Assembly (NCBI GenBank): GCA_964424715.1
Contig: CAYRJW010000003.1
Location: 1 to 49,173, forward strand
Direction of reading: 5' to 3'
Source: an uncultured Rickettsiales bacterium
GTDB lineage: Bacteria; Pseudomonadota; Alphaproteobacteria; Rickettsiales; UBA8987
DNA: 49,173 nucleotides
Shown here: positions 18,256-28,389 of the stretch, piece by piece
How the letters are laid out: each line of letters opens with the position of its first letter
Numbering within the stretch: position 1 is the stretch's first letter
The notes under the pieces: generated by a model
What the model was told of the DNA's origin: nothing
What the model saw: only the letters and a program-made list of their open reading frames with translations
Database searches by the model: none
Position numbers and translations under genes: made by a program

Positions 18256-19617
18256 TTACAGCAATAAAATTGTTGCGGTACCGAGGAAGAAAAAGAACGA
18301 CACCACATCTGTAATAGCTGTAACAAATACCGGTGAAGTAACTGCCGGGTCATAGCCGAATTTCTGCATCAGCATTGGGATGAGTGAACCGAGTATCACA
18401 CCAACCATGAATGTTACTATCATGGAAATAAACATTATAAAGCTGATCTGGCTGTTCTGGAAAATAACGAATGATACCACGAATGCTGCTGCACCAACGA
18501 ATATACCACTTAAAGCCGCCGCAAATATTTCCTTACGCAGCACTCCCACATAATTAAAGAATGTAAGCTCCTGCGATGCCAGCGCCCTTACAGTGACCGT
18601 TAAGGCTTGAGTTCCTACATTGCCGCTTAGAGCCGATACAACTGGCATCAGTGCCGCAAGCGCGATAACTTTTGCGATGACCTCGTTGAAATGCGCAACG
18701 ATGAAAGTGGAGAGAATGGAGGTAAACAGATTTATCATCAGCCACGGCGAGCGGCTGGTGAATCTTTTCAGAGAACTGGAGAATATATCAGCACTACGGC
18801 CCATACCGGCAAGTGCTAGCATATCCTCGCCCGCCTCTTCCTCGATAACATAGGTTATATCATCCACGGTTATCTCACCGATCATTTTACCTTCGCCATC
18901 AACCACCGGAGTTGATATTAGGTTATATTTTTTGAATATATTTGCTACTTCTTCCTGATCCGTAACAGCAGGGATCGGATATTCCACCGGACGCATAAGA
19001 TCAGCCACTTTTATCTCGCGCTTACTGCGCATTATGCGGCTGAGCGGCACGGAATGGGTCGGGCGGCCTTCGTCATCGATAACGAATATAGTATAAAAAT
19101 CATGCGGCAGATTCTCGGTACCGCGCAGAAAATCTATCACGTCACCAACATCAGATTTCATCTGCACTGACACGAAATCCTTGTTAGCGAGGCGCGCAGC
19201 AGAATCTTCCGGATAAGCGAGCGCATCCTCAACCTCAAGCCTTTTCTCAGTGGAAAGCTGCTCAAGTATCTCTTCGCGCTTTTCCTCCGGCAGATCCTCG
19301 ACGAACTGCACCGCATCGTTGGATTCCAGCTTGCCGATAGCTTCTGCGGAAACTGCGATACCAAGCAATGATGTTACCTGCTCCTTAACCTCGTGATCAA
19401 GATAATTTAAAATATCAGAATCCACATCGCCCAGCAATGCAATGATCTTTTCGCGATCATCATAATCGCAAAGATTCAGAAGTTCGGCGACATCAGACGG
19501 ATGCTGTTTTGTAAGCAGCTGGCCGAGCGTTTTGAAATCCTCTTCCTTAAGCGCAACAAGTAGCGGCAGCAGAATATCTTCCTGCGAGTAATAATCTGTT
19601 TTAGGTGCTTCGCTCAT
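18256..19617 (-). CDS. mgtE: magnesium transporter MgtE
   Basis: 453 aa. N-domain (HPSDVAELL), tandem CBS region and a C-terminal 5-TM domain with ALMPVVSALSGNVGTQ. Confidence 0.93.
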   Translation of the reverse strand: MSEAPKTDYYSQEDILLPLLVALKEEDFKTLGQLLTKQHPSDVAELLNLCDYDDREKIIALLGDVDSDILNYLDHEVKEQVTSLLGIAVSAEAIGKLESNDAVQFVEDLPEEKREEILEQLSTEKRLEVEDALAYPEDSAARLANKDFVSVQMKSDVGDVIDFLRGTENLPHDFYTIFVIDDEGRPTHSVPLSRIMRSKREIKVADLMRPVEYPIPAVTDQEEVANIFKKYNLISTPVVDGEGKMIGEITVDDITYVIEEEAGEDMLALAGMGRSADIFSSSLKRFTSRSPWLMINLFTSILSTFIVAHFNEVIAKVIALAALMPVVSALSGNVGTQALTVTVRALASQELTFFNYVGVLRKEIFAAALSGIFVGAAAFVVSFVIFQNSQISFIMFISMIVTFMVGVILGSLIPMLMQKFGYDPAVTSPVFVTAITDVVSFFFFLGTATILLL

Positions 19618-19634
19618 CTCCAGCCCATCCGTTA

Positions 19635-19702
19635 GGCGGTAGAACTCAGACGGTAGACGATAGTAAAATATCCTACCGTCTATCGTCTACAAACTACCGT
19701 CT
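19635..19702 (-). promoter_or_regulatory. repeat/hairpin cluster in the fabD-mgtE spacer (leader or terminator)
   Basis: The 9-mer CTACCGTCT occurs at 19673 and 19694 (21-bp phasing). Its complement AGACGGTAG is at 19648, and a degenerate copy GGCGGTAGA is at 19635. TAGACGATAG (19654) and CTATCGTCTA (19679) are also complementary, so mutually exclusive stems are possible. Confidence 0.4.
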
Positions 19703-19725
19703 TTCATAAAATATCTAAAAATCGA

Positions 19726-20679
19726 TCACAGTCCTTTATTTTTTAGGAACTGTTCAATATCGGCAGGCTTTTCTATATTCGATGTTTCAATATTAGCAAC
19801 AATTCGTTTCACTAAACCTGAAAGTACCTTCCCTGCGCCAATTTCGGTTGCAGAGGTAATATCATATCTTTCAGACATATTAATAACAGATTCCCTCCAG
19901 CGTACCCTGCCGGTTACCTGTTCTACCAATAATTCCCGAATTTCATCCGGGCCGGAAGTAGCGGCCGCAGAAATATTCGCAATGACCGGAATTACCGGGA
20001 TCTTTATAGTCTCAGCTTCCAGCGCCGCACGCATCTTTTCCTGCGCCGGTTTCATCAGAGATGAATGGAACGGTGCCGATACCGGTAGTTTCAGGTAACG
20101 CTTTGCTCCCATTTCCTTTGCGATACTTTCAGCCTTATCGATACCAGCAGCTGAACCGGAGATCACTACCTGCCCATCCGAATTATCGTTGGCAAGTTCG
20201 CATGGCTCGCTTTCGCTATGGGCTTTGGTGCATAATTCTTCCACCTGAGCAAAACTTAAACCAATAACAGCCGCCATGCCGCCTTTACCTTTAGGCACCG
20301 CATCCTGCATGGAAAGCCCGCGGAGTTTTAACAGCTTCGCTGTTTGTGATATATTGAAACTGCCCGCCGCGCAAAGCGCCGAATATTCACCCAGAGAGTG
20401 ACCAGCTACATAATCCGCAAAGAAAGAAATATCTTTTCCTGATTGTTTCAGCAGAACCTTTAACACCGCCATAGATGTAGCCATTAAAGCAGGCTGCGCG
20501 TTCTCAGTAAGGGTAAGTTCCTCCTGCGGGCCTTCAAATATTATCTTTGAAAGATTCTGGCCCAATGCATTATCAACCTCCTGAAATACTTCTTTTGCCT
20601 CAGCGAAAGAATCAAACAGTTCCTTCCCCATTCCAACCGTTTGTGAGCCTTGTCCTGGAAATATAAATATCTTTTTCAT
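19726..20679 (-). CDS. fabD: malonyl-CoA:ACP transacylase
   Basis: 317 aa. FIFPGQGSQTVGMG and the active-site GHSLGEYSAL motif. Confidence 0.94.
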   Translation of the reverse strand: MKKIFIFPGQGSQTVGMGKELFDSFAEAKEVFQEVDNALGQNLSKIIFEGPQEELTLTENAQPALMATSMAVLKVLLKQSGKDISFFADYVAGHSLGEYSALCAAGSFNISQTAKLLKLRGLSMQDAVPKGKGGMAAVIGLSFAQVEELCTKAHSESEPCELANDNSDGQVVISGSAAGIDKAESIAKEMGAKRYLKLPVSAPFHSSLMKPAQEKMRAALEAETIKIPVIPVIANISAAATSGPDEIRELLVEQVTGRVRWRESVINMSERYDITSATEIGAGKVLSGLVKRIVANIETSNIEKPADIEQFLKNKGL

Positions 20680-20700
20680 AAATTTCTTTTTGTTAAATGG

Positions 20701-21144
20701 TTAATGTTTAATCTCAGGAACATGGCCTGATAAAATCTCTTTCATTATCTTCACCAAGGCCCTGCCATTTGGCTTTTCTACAAAATAAACATTCTGCAGG
20801 GTTTTGATATGCTCTCCCAGATCTGATCTTGAATAAAGTATTATAGGCGGATGCTTTATCCCGTTCTGTCTCAGATCCCGCGCCCACCATATGCCGTCTT
20901 CTGAATAGGGATCCTTACTTGTATTATTATCGGATATTATTATATCGAACTTATCCAGCATTAATTCTTTCTTTGTAATGGCTTTCTTAACTTCCTCATG
21001 GCTTTCATAAAGTTTTGACTCGAATTTATTATTGTGAATATATTCTGCGATTTCCTCATATTCCGCTTTTTTATGATGATCCTCTATTATCAGTATATGT
21101 ACCGATATCATTTTTTTCACATTTCCTGATATGATATCTGTCAT
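20701..21144 (-). CDS. single-domain CheY-like receiver protein
   Basis: 147 aa. ILIIEDH (acidic pocket), FDIIISDNN (candidate phospho-Asp), ILYSRS and VEKP (conserved Lys) fit receiver-domain spacing. There is no output domain. The true start may be the internal Met (MISVHIL). Confidence 0.5.
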   Translation of the reverse strand: MTDIISGNVKKMISVHILIIEDHHKKAEYEEIAEYIHNNKFESKLYESHEEVKKAITKKELMLDKFDIIISDNNTSKDPYSEDGIWWARDLRQNGIKHPPIILYSRSDLGEHIKTLQNVYFVEKPNGRALVKIMKEILSGHVPEIKH

Positions 21145-21145
21145 A

Positions 21146-21847
21146 TTATTCCGCCAGTTTTTTGATTAGCAAGTGCCACTCCGGATGAGAATTTATAGTA
21201 TATATATCGCCTTTTTCAAGATATTTACTTACATCGGCATGGCCGAATAATACCGGTATAACGCCAGTATTGAAGGCGGCCTCGATATCGGTCGCAGAAT
21301 CGCCTATCATCCATACCTCTCCGAAATCTTTTTCCTTTATCAAAGTTTTTTCCAGAGAAAACAGCAACGGCTCCTTAAAAGGCTTATCTTTTGCGGCATC
21401 CGTTGCACCTACCACTACATCAAAATACTGGTCGATGCCCAGATGTTTCAATTCGTTACGCAAATGTATGCCGGTCTTGTTGCTCACCACTGCTATATGC
21501 ACATCCAGCTTCCGCAAACCTTTTATGGTCTCAAGCGCACCGGGTAGCAGGCATATTTCCTGCAAATGGCAATCAAGGAAGGCGCTGAAATACAGATTTT
21601 TAGCCTTTTGCCAGTCGGCACCGAATATTTTCGGGAATGATTCGCGTAGAGACTGGTGTATCCCTTCCCTGCCCTTTATCACCTCTTCCATGCTCCATTC
21701 CTCACGGCCCATCTCGCGGAAGGCGACATTCAGGCATTTATGGATTATCTTCCATGAGTCTGCCAGCGTATTGTCCCAGTCCAGCAATATCGCCTTTGGT
21801 TTCGGCAATTTATCAGAGTTCTGGTATATGTTTATGAATTTTCCCAT
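21146..21847 (-). CDS. HAD-superfamily hydrolase (phosphoglycolate-phosphatase-like)
   Basis: 233 aa. Motif I ILLDWDNTLADS, motif II VVSNKT, motif III/IV K...MIGDSATDIEAA. Confidence 0.8.
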   Translation of the reverse strand: MGKFINIYQNSDKLPKPKAILLDWDNTLADSWKIIHKCLNVAFREMGREEWSMEEVIKGREGIHQSLRESFPKIFGADWQKAKNLYFSAFLDCHLQEICLLPGALETIKGLRKLDVHIAVVSNKTGIHLRNELKHLGIDQYFDVVVGATDAAKDKPFKEPLLFSLEKTLIKEKDFGEVWMIGDSATDIEAAFNTGVIPVLFGHADVSKYLEKGDIYTINSHPEWHLLIKKLAE

Positions 21848-21931
21848 TCCGGCGCAAAATAAGGGTTTAAAATTTTTAAATCAAACTTATATTGATTCCC
21901 GTTAGTAAAATTTTAATTTTTAAAAAGCAAG

Positions 21932-22870
21932 ATGTCAAAACACAGTAAAGTTATAATAATAGGTTCCGGCGCCGCAGGCGCAACAGCAGCAATTTACACG
22001 GCCCGCGCTGGTTTGAAACCAGTAATGATCCGCGGCATGCAGCCCGGCGGCCAGATGACCATCACCACCGATGTTGAGAATTACCCCGGCTTTGCTGAAG
22101 TGATACAAGGCCCATGGCTTATGGAACAGATGGAAAAACAGGCAGCCCATGTCGGCACTGATATAATCAGCGACCATATTGCTAAAATCGATTTCTCCAA
22201 AAAACCTTTTACCCTTACCGGCGAAAGCGGCGACACCTACACCGCAGATACTCTGGTTCTTGCAACAGGTGCTTCGGCAAAATGGCTGGGCCTTCCGAGC
22301 GAGAAAAAATTCCAGGGCTATGGTGTTTCCGGCTGTGCTACCTGCGATGGATTCTTCTTCCGCAATAAACCGGTAATGGTAATAGGCGGCGGAAATACTG
22401 CGGTTGAAGAGGCTTTATACCTCACTAACCATGCCAGCAAAGTTACACTTATGCACCGCCGCGATACCCTGCGCGCTGAAAAAATAGCACAGGAAAGATT
22501 ATTCAAACATCCGAAGGTTGAAGTTATCTGGGATAGTGAGCTTGAAGAGGTCATCGGCACTGAAGGCCCGCTTTCCGTAACAGGCGCAAAAATCAAGAAC
22601 CTAAAAACAGGTAAATCCCAGACCATCGACCTTGAAGGAATATTCGTTGCCATCGGCCACAAACCGAACACAGATATTTTCAAAGGTCAGATAGAACTTG
22701 ATTCCGATGGTTATATAATCACCGCACCTGACTCCACAAAAACCAATATTGATGGCGTTTTTGCCGCAGGAGATGTGCAGGACAAAATTTTCCGTCAGGC
22801 AGTAACTGCCGCCGGGACCGGCTGTATGGCAGCGCTTGAGGCTGCAAGATATTTGGAATCATCTCATTGA
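21932..22870 (+). CDS. trxB: thioredoxin-disulfide reductase
   Basis: 312 aa. FAD motif IIIGSGAAGATAA, redox-active CATCDG, NADPH motif VIGGGNTAVEEA. Confidence 0.95.
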   Translation: MSKHSKVIIIGSGAAGATAAIYTARAGLKPVMIRGMQPGGQMTITTDVENYPGFAEVIQGPWLMEQMEKQAAHVGTDIISDHIAKIDFSKKPFTLTGESGDTYTADTLVLATGASAKWLGLPSEKKFQGYGVSGCATCDGFFFRNKPVMVIGGGNTAVEEALYLTNHASKVTLMHRRDTLRAEKIAQERLFKHPKVEVIWDSELEEVIGTEGPLSVTGAKIKNLKTGKSQTIDLEGIFVAIGHKPNTDIFKGQIELDSDGYIITAPDSTKTNIDGVFAAGDVQDKIFRQAVTAAGTGCMAALEAARYLESSH

Positions 22871-22879
22871 GATAAATTT

Positions 22880-23473
22880 ATGTTACTGGTGGGTCTAGGA
22901 AATCCGGGGAAAAAACACGAAGGCACCCGCCACAATATCGGCTTTGATGTCATCAATAAGATAATGAGCGACTATAATTTTTCTTCCCCTCTCTCAAAAT
23001 TTCAGGGCCTGTATTCAGAAGGTGAGATAATGCATAATAAAGTTCGCGTGCTTATGCCGCAGACCTTCATGAATCTCTCCGGGCAATCAGTAATTGAAAC
23101 GGTGAATTTCTATAAAGAAAAACTGAACCATGTAATAGTTATCCATGACGAGCTTGATCTCCCCCTTGGTAAACTGCGCCTTAAGACCGGCGGCGGCGAT
23201 GGCGGGCATAATGGCCTGCGCTCCATAGATTCAATGCTCGGAACGGAATATAAAAGGATACGCGTCGGCATCGGCCATCCCGGCGATAAGAATCTGGTAA
23301 GCAGTTATGTACTTTCAAAATTCACCAACCCGGAAAGGCCTATCGTCGGTGAACTGGTGGATATAATAAGCAAACATATCGGCTGTATGGTAGAAGGGCG
23401 CGATGACCTTTTCGCCACCCGCTTTGCCGAAGATGCCGCAAAAATAGAAGAATTAAAAGAAACCCCGGAATGA
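22880..23473 (+). CDS. pth: peptidyl-tRNA hydrolase
   Basis: 197 aa. LLVGLGNPGKKHEGTRHNIGF and HDELDLPLGKLRLKTGGGDGGHNGLRS motifs. Confidence 0.93.
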   Translation: MLLVGLGNPGKKHEGTRHNIGFDVINKIMSDYNFSSPLSKFQGLYSEGEIMHNKVRVLMPQTFMNLSGQSVIETVNFYKEKLNHVIVIHDELDLPLGKLRLKTGGGDGGHNGLRSIDSMLGTEYKRIRVGIGHPGDKNLVSSYVLSKFTNPERPIVGELVDIISKHIGCMVEGRDDLFATRFAEDAAKIEELKETPE

Positions 23474-24924
23474 AATTCTCAGAGCTCACAGAAAATCTGG
23501 AAGTACACGTCAAAAAGGATTTTGAAGTTGCAGGCCTCACACTTGATTCACGCGAGGTGAAAGAGAATTATATTTTCTTCGCACTGAAAGGCGAAAAGAC
23601 CGATGGCGCTGACCACATTGAAACTGCCGTGAAAAACGGTGCAAAAGCAGTATTTACCGAAAGTCCGATAAAATCGGATAATATAGATATAAATATTTTT
23701 CACCTTTCAAAATCAAAGAAAGAATTAAATGTAATAGCGCAGAATTTTTATTATCCTGTACCGCAGGACCTGATAGCGGTAACTGGCACGAACGGCAAAA
23801 CCTCAGTGGCGAATTTTACCGCAAACCTGCTTAGTATGTTAGGTAAAAGATCCGCTTCGATCGGAACACTTGGAACTTTGCTTAATGGTGATTTTGAAAA
23901 ACAATTTTCATATTCCGGTCTTACATCACCAGATATAATATCCTTAATGAAAGACCTGAACGACTTGCAAAAACAGGGCATTGAAGATGTCGCCATGGAA
24001 ACTTCCAGCCATGGCCTGCACCAGAACCGGATAGGGAATTTAAAATTCCGGACTGGTTCCTTCACCAATTTTACGCAGGACCACCTTGATTACCATGAGA
24101 CGATGGAAAAATATTTCGATGCTAAAATGGTATTGTTCCGCTGGCATATAGAAAAGGAGGGTAATGCAGTTCTGAATGCCGATACAGCTGAGTTTGAAAA
24201 AATAAAACATCTCTGCCACGAGATAGGCCTGAAAGTAATTTCATATGGCGAGAACGGCCATCACCTAAAAATAAAGAATATCCGCCCGCATGATAAAGGG
24301 CTTGATATCGAAGCAGAGATATTCGGAAAAAATAAAACCATAAGTACAAGTCTGATAGGCGGATTCCAGGCATATAATGTTATCTGCGCCATCGCCAATG
24401 TGCTAAGCCTTGGTTTTACGGTTGATGAGGTTTGTGCGGTTGCGGCCAACCTGAAACCGGTAAAAGGCAGAATGGATATTATCCTTTCTCCGAAACAGAA
24501 TGCGAAGATAGTTATCGATTATGCCCACACGCCAGATGCGCTGGAAAAAGCGATAGATAGTTTACGCGTCCATACGCAAGGGAAATTAATTACATTACTA
24601 GGTTGCGGCGGTGACAGGGATAAAAGCAAACGCCCGCTAATGGGTAAGATCGCCAGCGACAAAAGTGATGTTGTAATAGTTACCGATGATAACCCACGCA
24701 CCGAAAACGCTGCACAGATAAGAAAGGAAATTATGGCGGCAACCGGCAACGCTCAAGAAATAGCTGGTAGAAAAGAGGCTATAGCACATGCTATCTCTTT
24801 ACTTAAAAGCGGCGATAGTTTACTGCTCGCCGGCAAGGGACATGAGGATTACCAGATCATAGGCAAGGAAAAATCACCATTCGATGAATTCAAAATAGTC
24901 ACAGATATCCTAGAGAAAATATAA
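23470..24924 (+). CDS. murE: UDP-N-acetylmuramoyl-L-alanyl-D-glutamate--2,6-diaminopimelate ligase
   Basis: 484 aa Mur ligase. VTGTNGKTS P-loop, and a DNPR motif (VTDDNPRTE) typical of meso-DAP-adding MurE. The start overlaps the pth stop (ATGA). Confidence 0.92.
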   Translation: MKFSELTENLEVHVKKDFEVAGLTLDSREVKENYIFFALKGEKTDGADHIETAVKNGAKAVFTESPIKSDNIDINIFHLSKSKKELNVIAQNFYYPVPQDLIAVTGTNGKTSVANFTANLLSMLGKRSASIGTLGTLLNGDFEKQFSYSGLTSPDIISLMKDLNDLQKQGIEDVAMETSSHGLHQNRIGNLKFRTGSFTNFTQDHLDYHETMEKYFDAKMVLFRWHIEKEGNAVLNADTAEFEKIKHLCHEIGLKVISYGENGHHLKIKNIRPHDKGLDIEAEIFGKNKTISTSLIGGFQAYNVICAIANVLSLGFTVDEVCAVAANLKPVKGRMDIILSPKQNAKIVIDYAHTPDALEKAIDSLRVHTQGKLITLLGCGGDRDKSKRPLMGKIASDKSDVVIVTDDNPRTENAAQIRKEIMAATGNAQEIAGRKEAIAHAISLLKSGDSLLLAGKGHEDYQIIGKEKSPFDEFKIVTDILEKI

Positions 24925-26267
24925 TGAAAAAAAACGGCGAATATATTTGGGACAATAAAAAACTCAGCAAAGCGCTGGGGCTGGAAATAGATACTACCTT
25001 CAAGGCAAAACGGGTAAATACCGACTCAAGGACCATTACCAAAGGTGATATATTCGTAGCCCTTAAAGGCGACAATTTCGATGGTAATAAATTCGCCGCC
25101 GATGCTATAAAAAAAGGCGCGGTCGCCGCGATAGTCCGTAATAAAAAACTAAAGAACGATAAATTCATTTATGTTGATGATACTTTAAAATCCTTACAGA
25201 AAATAGGCCGTTACCGCCGCAAGCATAGCAAGGCGAAATTCATCGCCATCACCGGCAGCGTCGGGAAGACCGGCACTAAGGAGATGATATATAATACGCT
25301 TAATACAAAATATATAACCTACAAGACCGAAGGCAATCTCAACAATCATATCGGCCTGCCGCTTACCCTTGCCAATATGCCGGATGATATTGAATATGCC
25401 GTAATAGAACTGGGCATGAACCATAGCGGCGAAATTTCCGGGCTGGTGAAAATATGCCAGCCGGATATTGCCGCCATCACATGGGTTGGTGAGGCACATA
25501 TTGAGAATCTCGGTTCTGAAAATAATATCGCACGCGCCAAGGCGGAGATATTTGAATGGATGACGACCAACTCTACAGCCATTATCCCCGCTGATAGTGC
25601 ATTTCACGAATTACTGAACGGCATCGCGGTGAAGAATGGCGTTTCAAATATATATTCTTTCGGCCGCAAAATAAATTCAGTTACAAAAACCACTGGTGGG
25701 GTAAAGGCGACCATTCTCAGCAAAAAAACCATCATACCTAATTCAATTCTTGATAATCAGGTGCTTAATAATGTTCTGCTTGCCCTCACGGTTGCGACCA
25801 TCTGCAAGATAGATATCAAGAAAGCGGTCAGCGCCCTTACCCGTATGAAAGCGCTTAAAGGCCGCGGTAAAAAGATAGTTTTGAAGAACGGCGCGATAAT
25901 AATAGATGACAGCTACAATGCCAGCCCAACCAGCATGAAGCTTGCGCTTAAGAACCTTAACCGGGAACAGGCCACCAGAAAGATAGCCATCCTTGGCGAT
26001 ATGAAGGAGCTTGGCCGTTTCAGCAGAAAATATCATGAGGAGATATTTGATGATATCACTGATATAGACCTGCTTATCACCTGCGGCAAGGATATGAGAT
26101 TCCTGTACAACAAGGCCAGAAAAGAGCTGGATGCAAAGCATTTTGATAATATTGAGGATGTCCGGAAATTCATCATCAAAGAGCTGAAAAAGGACGATGT
26201 GGCCTTAATCAAGGGCTCCCACGGCAGCAACATGTATAAAATTGTTGATATGATTTCCGGTAAATGA
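24924..26267 (+). CDS. murF: UDP-N-acetylmuramoyl-tripeptide--D-alanyl-D-alanine ligase
   Basis: 447 aa Mur ligase. ITGSVGKTGTKEM P-loop and IDDSYNASPTSM. Lies immediately after murE. Confidence 0.92.
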   Translation: MKKNGEYIWDNKKLSKALGLEIDTTFKAKRVNTDSRTITKGDIFVALKGDNFDGNKFAADAIKKGAVAAIVRNKKLKNDKFIYVDDTLKSLQKIGRYRRKHSKAKFIAITGSVGKTGTKEMIYNTLNTKYITYKTEGNLNNHIGLPLTLANMPDDIEYAVIELGMNHSGEISGLVKICQPDIAAITWVGEAHIENLGSENNIARAKAEIFEWMTTNSTAIIPADSAFHELLNGIAVKNGVSNIYSFGRKINSVTKTTGGVKATILSKKTIIPNSILDNQVLNNVLLALTVATICKIDIKKAVSALTRMKALKGRGKKIVLKNGAIIIDDSYNASPTSMKLALKNLNREQATRKIAILGDMKELGRFSRKYHEEIFDDITDIDLLITCGKDMRFLYNKARKELDAKHFDNIEDVRKFIIKELKKDDVALIKGSHGSNMYKIVDMISGK

Positions 26268-26304
26268 TAGCTAATTGATATCAATAATCTTATTTGTTTC
26301 AAAA

Positions 26305-27393
26305 ATGCTTCATTATTTTTTCTTACAGCTGGTTGATCAATATCCTTTCCTGAATCTTTTCAGATACATCACATTCCGTACTGGCGGGGCTATATTCACC
26401 TCGCTCTTCTTCTGTTTTATCTTTGGCGGCAGGATAATAAACTGGCTGAAATCCAAACAGGCCAGCGGTCAGCCTATCCGCGAATGCGGCCCTGAAAGCC
26501 ACCTGCTCACAAAAAAGGGAACCCCTACAATGGGTGGTATAATGATATTGCTTTCCATCGTTATCTCCTCTCTGCTCTGGGCAGATATCAGCAACCCGTT
26601 CGTGTGGGTGATATTATTCGTGACCTGCGGATTTGGCGTTATCGGCTTCCTTGATGATTATGCTAAACTCACCAAAAAAAGCCATATCGGCGTACGCGGG
26701 AAGGTTAAGCTATTGCTTGAGATATTCATCGGCATCGTCGCAGTTTACTGGATAACCGTTCATACACCCGGAGATCGTTCAACTTACCTCGCCTTGCCGT
26801 TCTTCAAGAACCTACTGATAAATCTGTTCGTTATTTATTATATTTTTGCGGCATTGGTTATAGTTGGTGCCTCCAATTCCGTTAACCTGACCGATGGGCT
26901 GGATGGACTTGCGATAGTACCGGTGATAATTGCCATATGCTGTTTTGGGCTGATCTCATATTTAGTGGGAAATATAAGATACAGCGATTATCTGCAGCTT
27001 CACCATGTACCGGGAAGCGGCGAGATAGCCGTTATCTGCGGTGCGATACTCGGAGCGGGGCTTGGGTTCCTGTGGTTCAATGCACCACCGGCACAGGTTT
27101 TCATGGGCGATACCGGCTCGTTAAGCCTTGGCGCGACCCTCGGCACAATGGCAGTTATAACCAAACATGAACTGGTGCTGGCAATAATAGGCGGGCTGTT
27201 CGTTATGGAAACATTATCGGTGATGATACAGGTAAGCTACTTCAAGCGCACCGGCAAACGAGTATTCCTGATGTCGCCGATCCATCATCATTTTGAAAAG
27301 AAAGGCTGGAGCGAGCCGAAAATAGTGATAAGGTTCTGGATAATATCAGTGATCTTCGCGCTTATTGGTTTAAGCACCCTGAAACTCCGTTAA
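26305..27393 (+). CDS. mraY: phospho-N-acetylmuramoyl-pentapeptide transferase
   Basis: The ORF track opens at a TTG (26275). The ATG at 26305 gives [29 protein letters not shown], which matches canonical MraY N-termini. [10 protein letters not shown] and PIHHHFE motifs are present. Confidence 0.92.
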   Translation: MLHYFFLQLVDQYPFLNLFRYITFRTGGAIFTSLFFCFIFGGRIINWLKSKQASGQPIRECGPESHLLTKKGTPTMGGIMILLSIVISSLLWADISNPFVWVILFVTCGFGVIGFLDDYAKLTKKSHIGVRGKVKLLLEIFIGIVAVYWITVHTPGDRSTYLALPFFKNLLINLFVIYYIFAALVIVGASNSVNLTDGLDGLAIVPVIIAICCFGLISYLVGNIRYSDYLQLHHVPGSGEIAVICGAILGAGLGFLWFNAPPAQVFMGDTGSLSLGATLGTMAVITKHELVLAIIGGLFVMETLSVMIQVSYFKRTGKRVFLMSPIHHHFEKKGWSEPKIVIRFWIISVIFALIGLSTLKLR

Positions 27394-27404
27394 TAGATTC
27401 ATTT

Positions 27405-28385
27405 ATGATCCGCGTTTATCTAAAGAATAAGGAATTCATAGAACTCAAGGATATTGAGGAAATATTACCGCTGCTTGAAAGCATTATCTGGATAGATCTG
27501 CATAACCCTGAGATCACCGAGATCGCAAATATCCAGAAGATCTTTAATCTCCTGCTGCCAACAAAAGATGAGATGTACGGCCTGGAAATATCAAACCGCC
27601 TCTATCAGGAAAAAGACAGTTACTTTATGACCAGCTTTGTACTGGTCGGTGCTGATACCAAGGATCCGGCAATAGAACCTGTAACCTTTATCATAATGGG
27701 TGATAAGTTACTGACCCTGCGCTATGTTGACCCACAACCGTTCAGAAGTTTTATCTCGCGCAAGGAAAAGATCACTACGCTTAACCTAGATGGCAAGGAT
27801 ATAATGTTCAGCCTGCTTGAGAATGTATCCGAAAGGGTTGCAGATATTTTAGAAAAACACGGACACGAGGTAGACAGTCTTTCCAAGAAGGTTTTCAAGC
27901 CGTATAAACTTACCAACAGGGGAAAAAGCGGCACTAATTATGAAAAGATATTAAAGGATATCGGCCATTATGGTGATGTCATAGCAAAATCGCGCGAGAG
28001 TCTGGCAAGTATCTCAAGGCTTGTTTCCTACCTGAAACAGAACAGCAAATTCAAGCAGGATGAAGAGGAAAAGATAAGCCTTGATATAATTGAATCCGAT
28101 ATAAAATCGCTGATAGACCATGCAAAATTCGTCGCCAGTAAAATAAATTTCCTGCTGGAAGCCACTCTGGGCATGATAAGTATACAGCAGAACAGCATCA
28201 TAAAAATATTTACCGTTGCCACCATGATGTTCCTGCCACCTACCCTCATTGCCAGCGTTTACGGCATGAATTTCGAGTTCATGCCTGAACTCCATGTTAA
28301 GCATGGTTATTATCTTGCCCTGCTACTTATGATACTCAGCGCTTATCTGCCGTTTAAATATTTCAAGAAAAAAGGCTGGCTGTAA
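27405..28385 (+). CDS. corA: CorA-family magnesium/cobalt transporter
   Basis: 326 aa. Two C-terminal TM segments with the YGMNF signature (ASVYGMNFEFMPEL). Confidence 0.88.
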   Translation: MIRVYLKNKEFIELKDIEEILPLLESIIWIDLHNPEITEIANIQKIFNLLLPTKDEMYGLEISNRLYQEKDSYFMTSFVLVGADTKDPAIEPVTFIIMGDKLLTLRYVDPQPFRSFISRKEKITTLNLDGKDIMFSLLENVSERVADILEKHGHEVDSLSKKVFKPYKLTNRGKSGTNYEKILKDIGHYGDVIAKSRESLASISRLVSYLKQNSKFKQDEEEKISLDIIESDIKSLIDHAKFVASKINFLLEATLGMISIQQNSIIKIFTVATMMFLPPTLIASVYGMNFEFMPELHVKHGYYLALLLMILSAYLPFKYFKKKGWL

Positions 28386-28389
28386 TATC

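Noticed and set aside
19618-19725. M-box (ykoK) Mg2+ riboswitch upstream of mgtE
   Set aside because: The spacer is only 108 nt, and I see none of the conserved M-box helices or core. It is reported only as an unexplained repeat/hairpin cluster.
26275-26304. TTG start extending mraY by 10 codons
   Set aside because: The ATG at 26305 gives an N-terminus collinear with canonical MraY. The extension ([10 protein letters not shown]) adds nothing recognisable.
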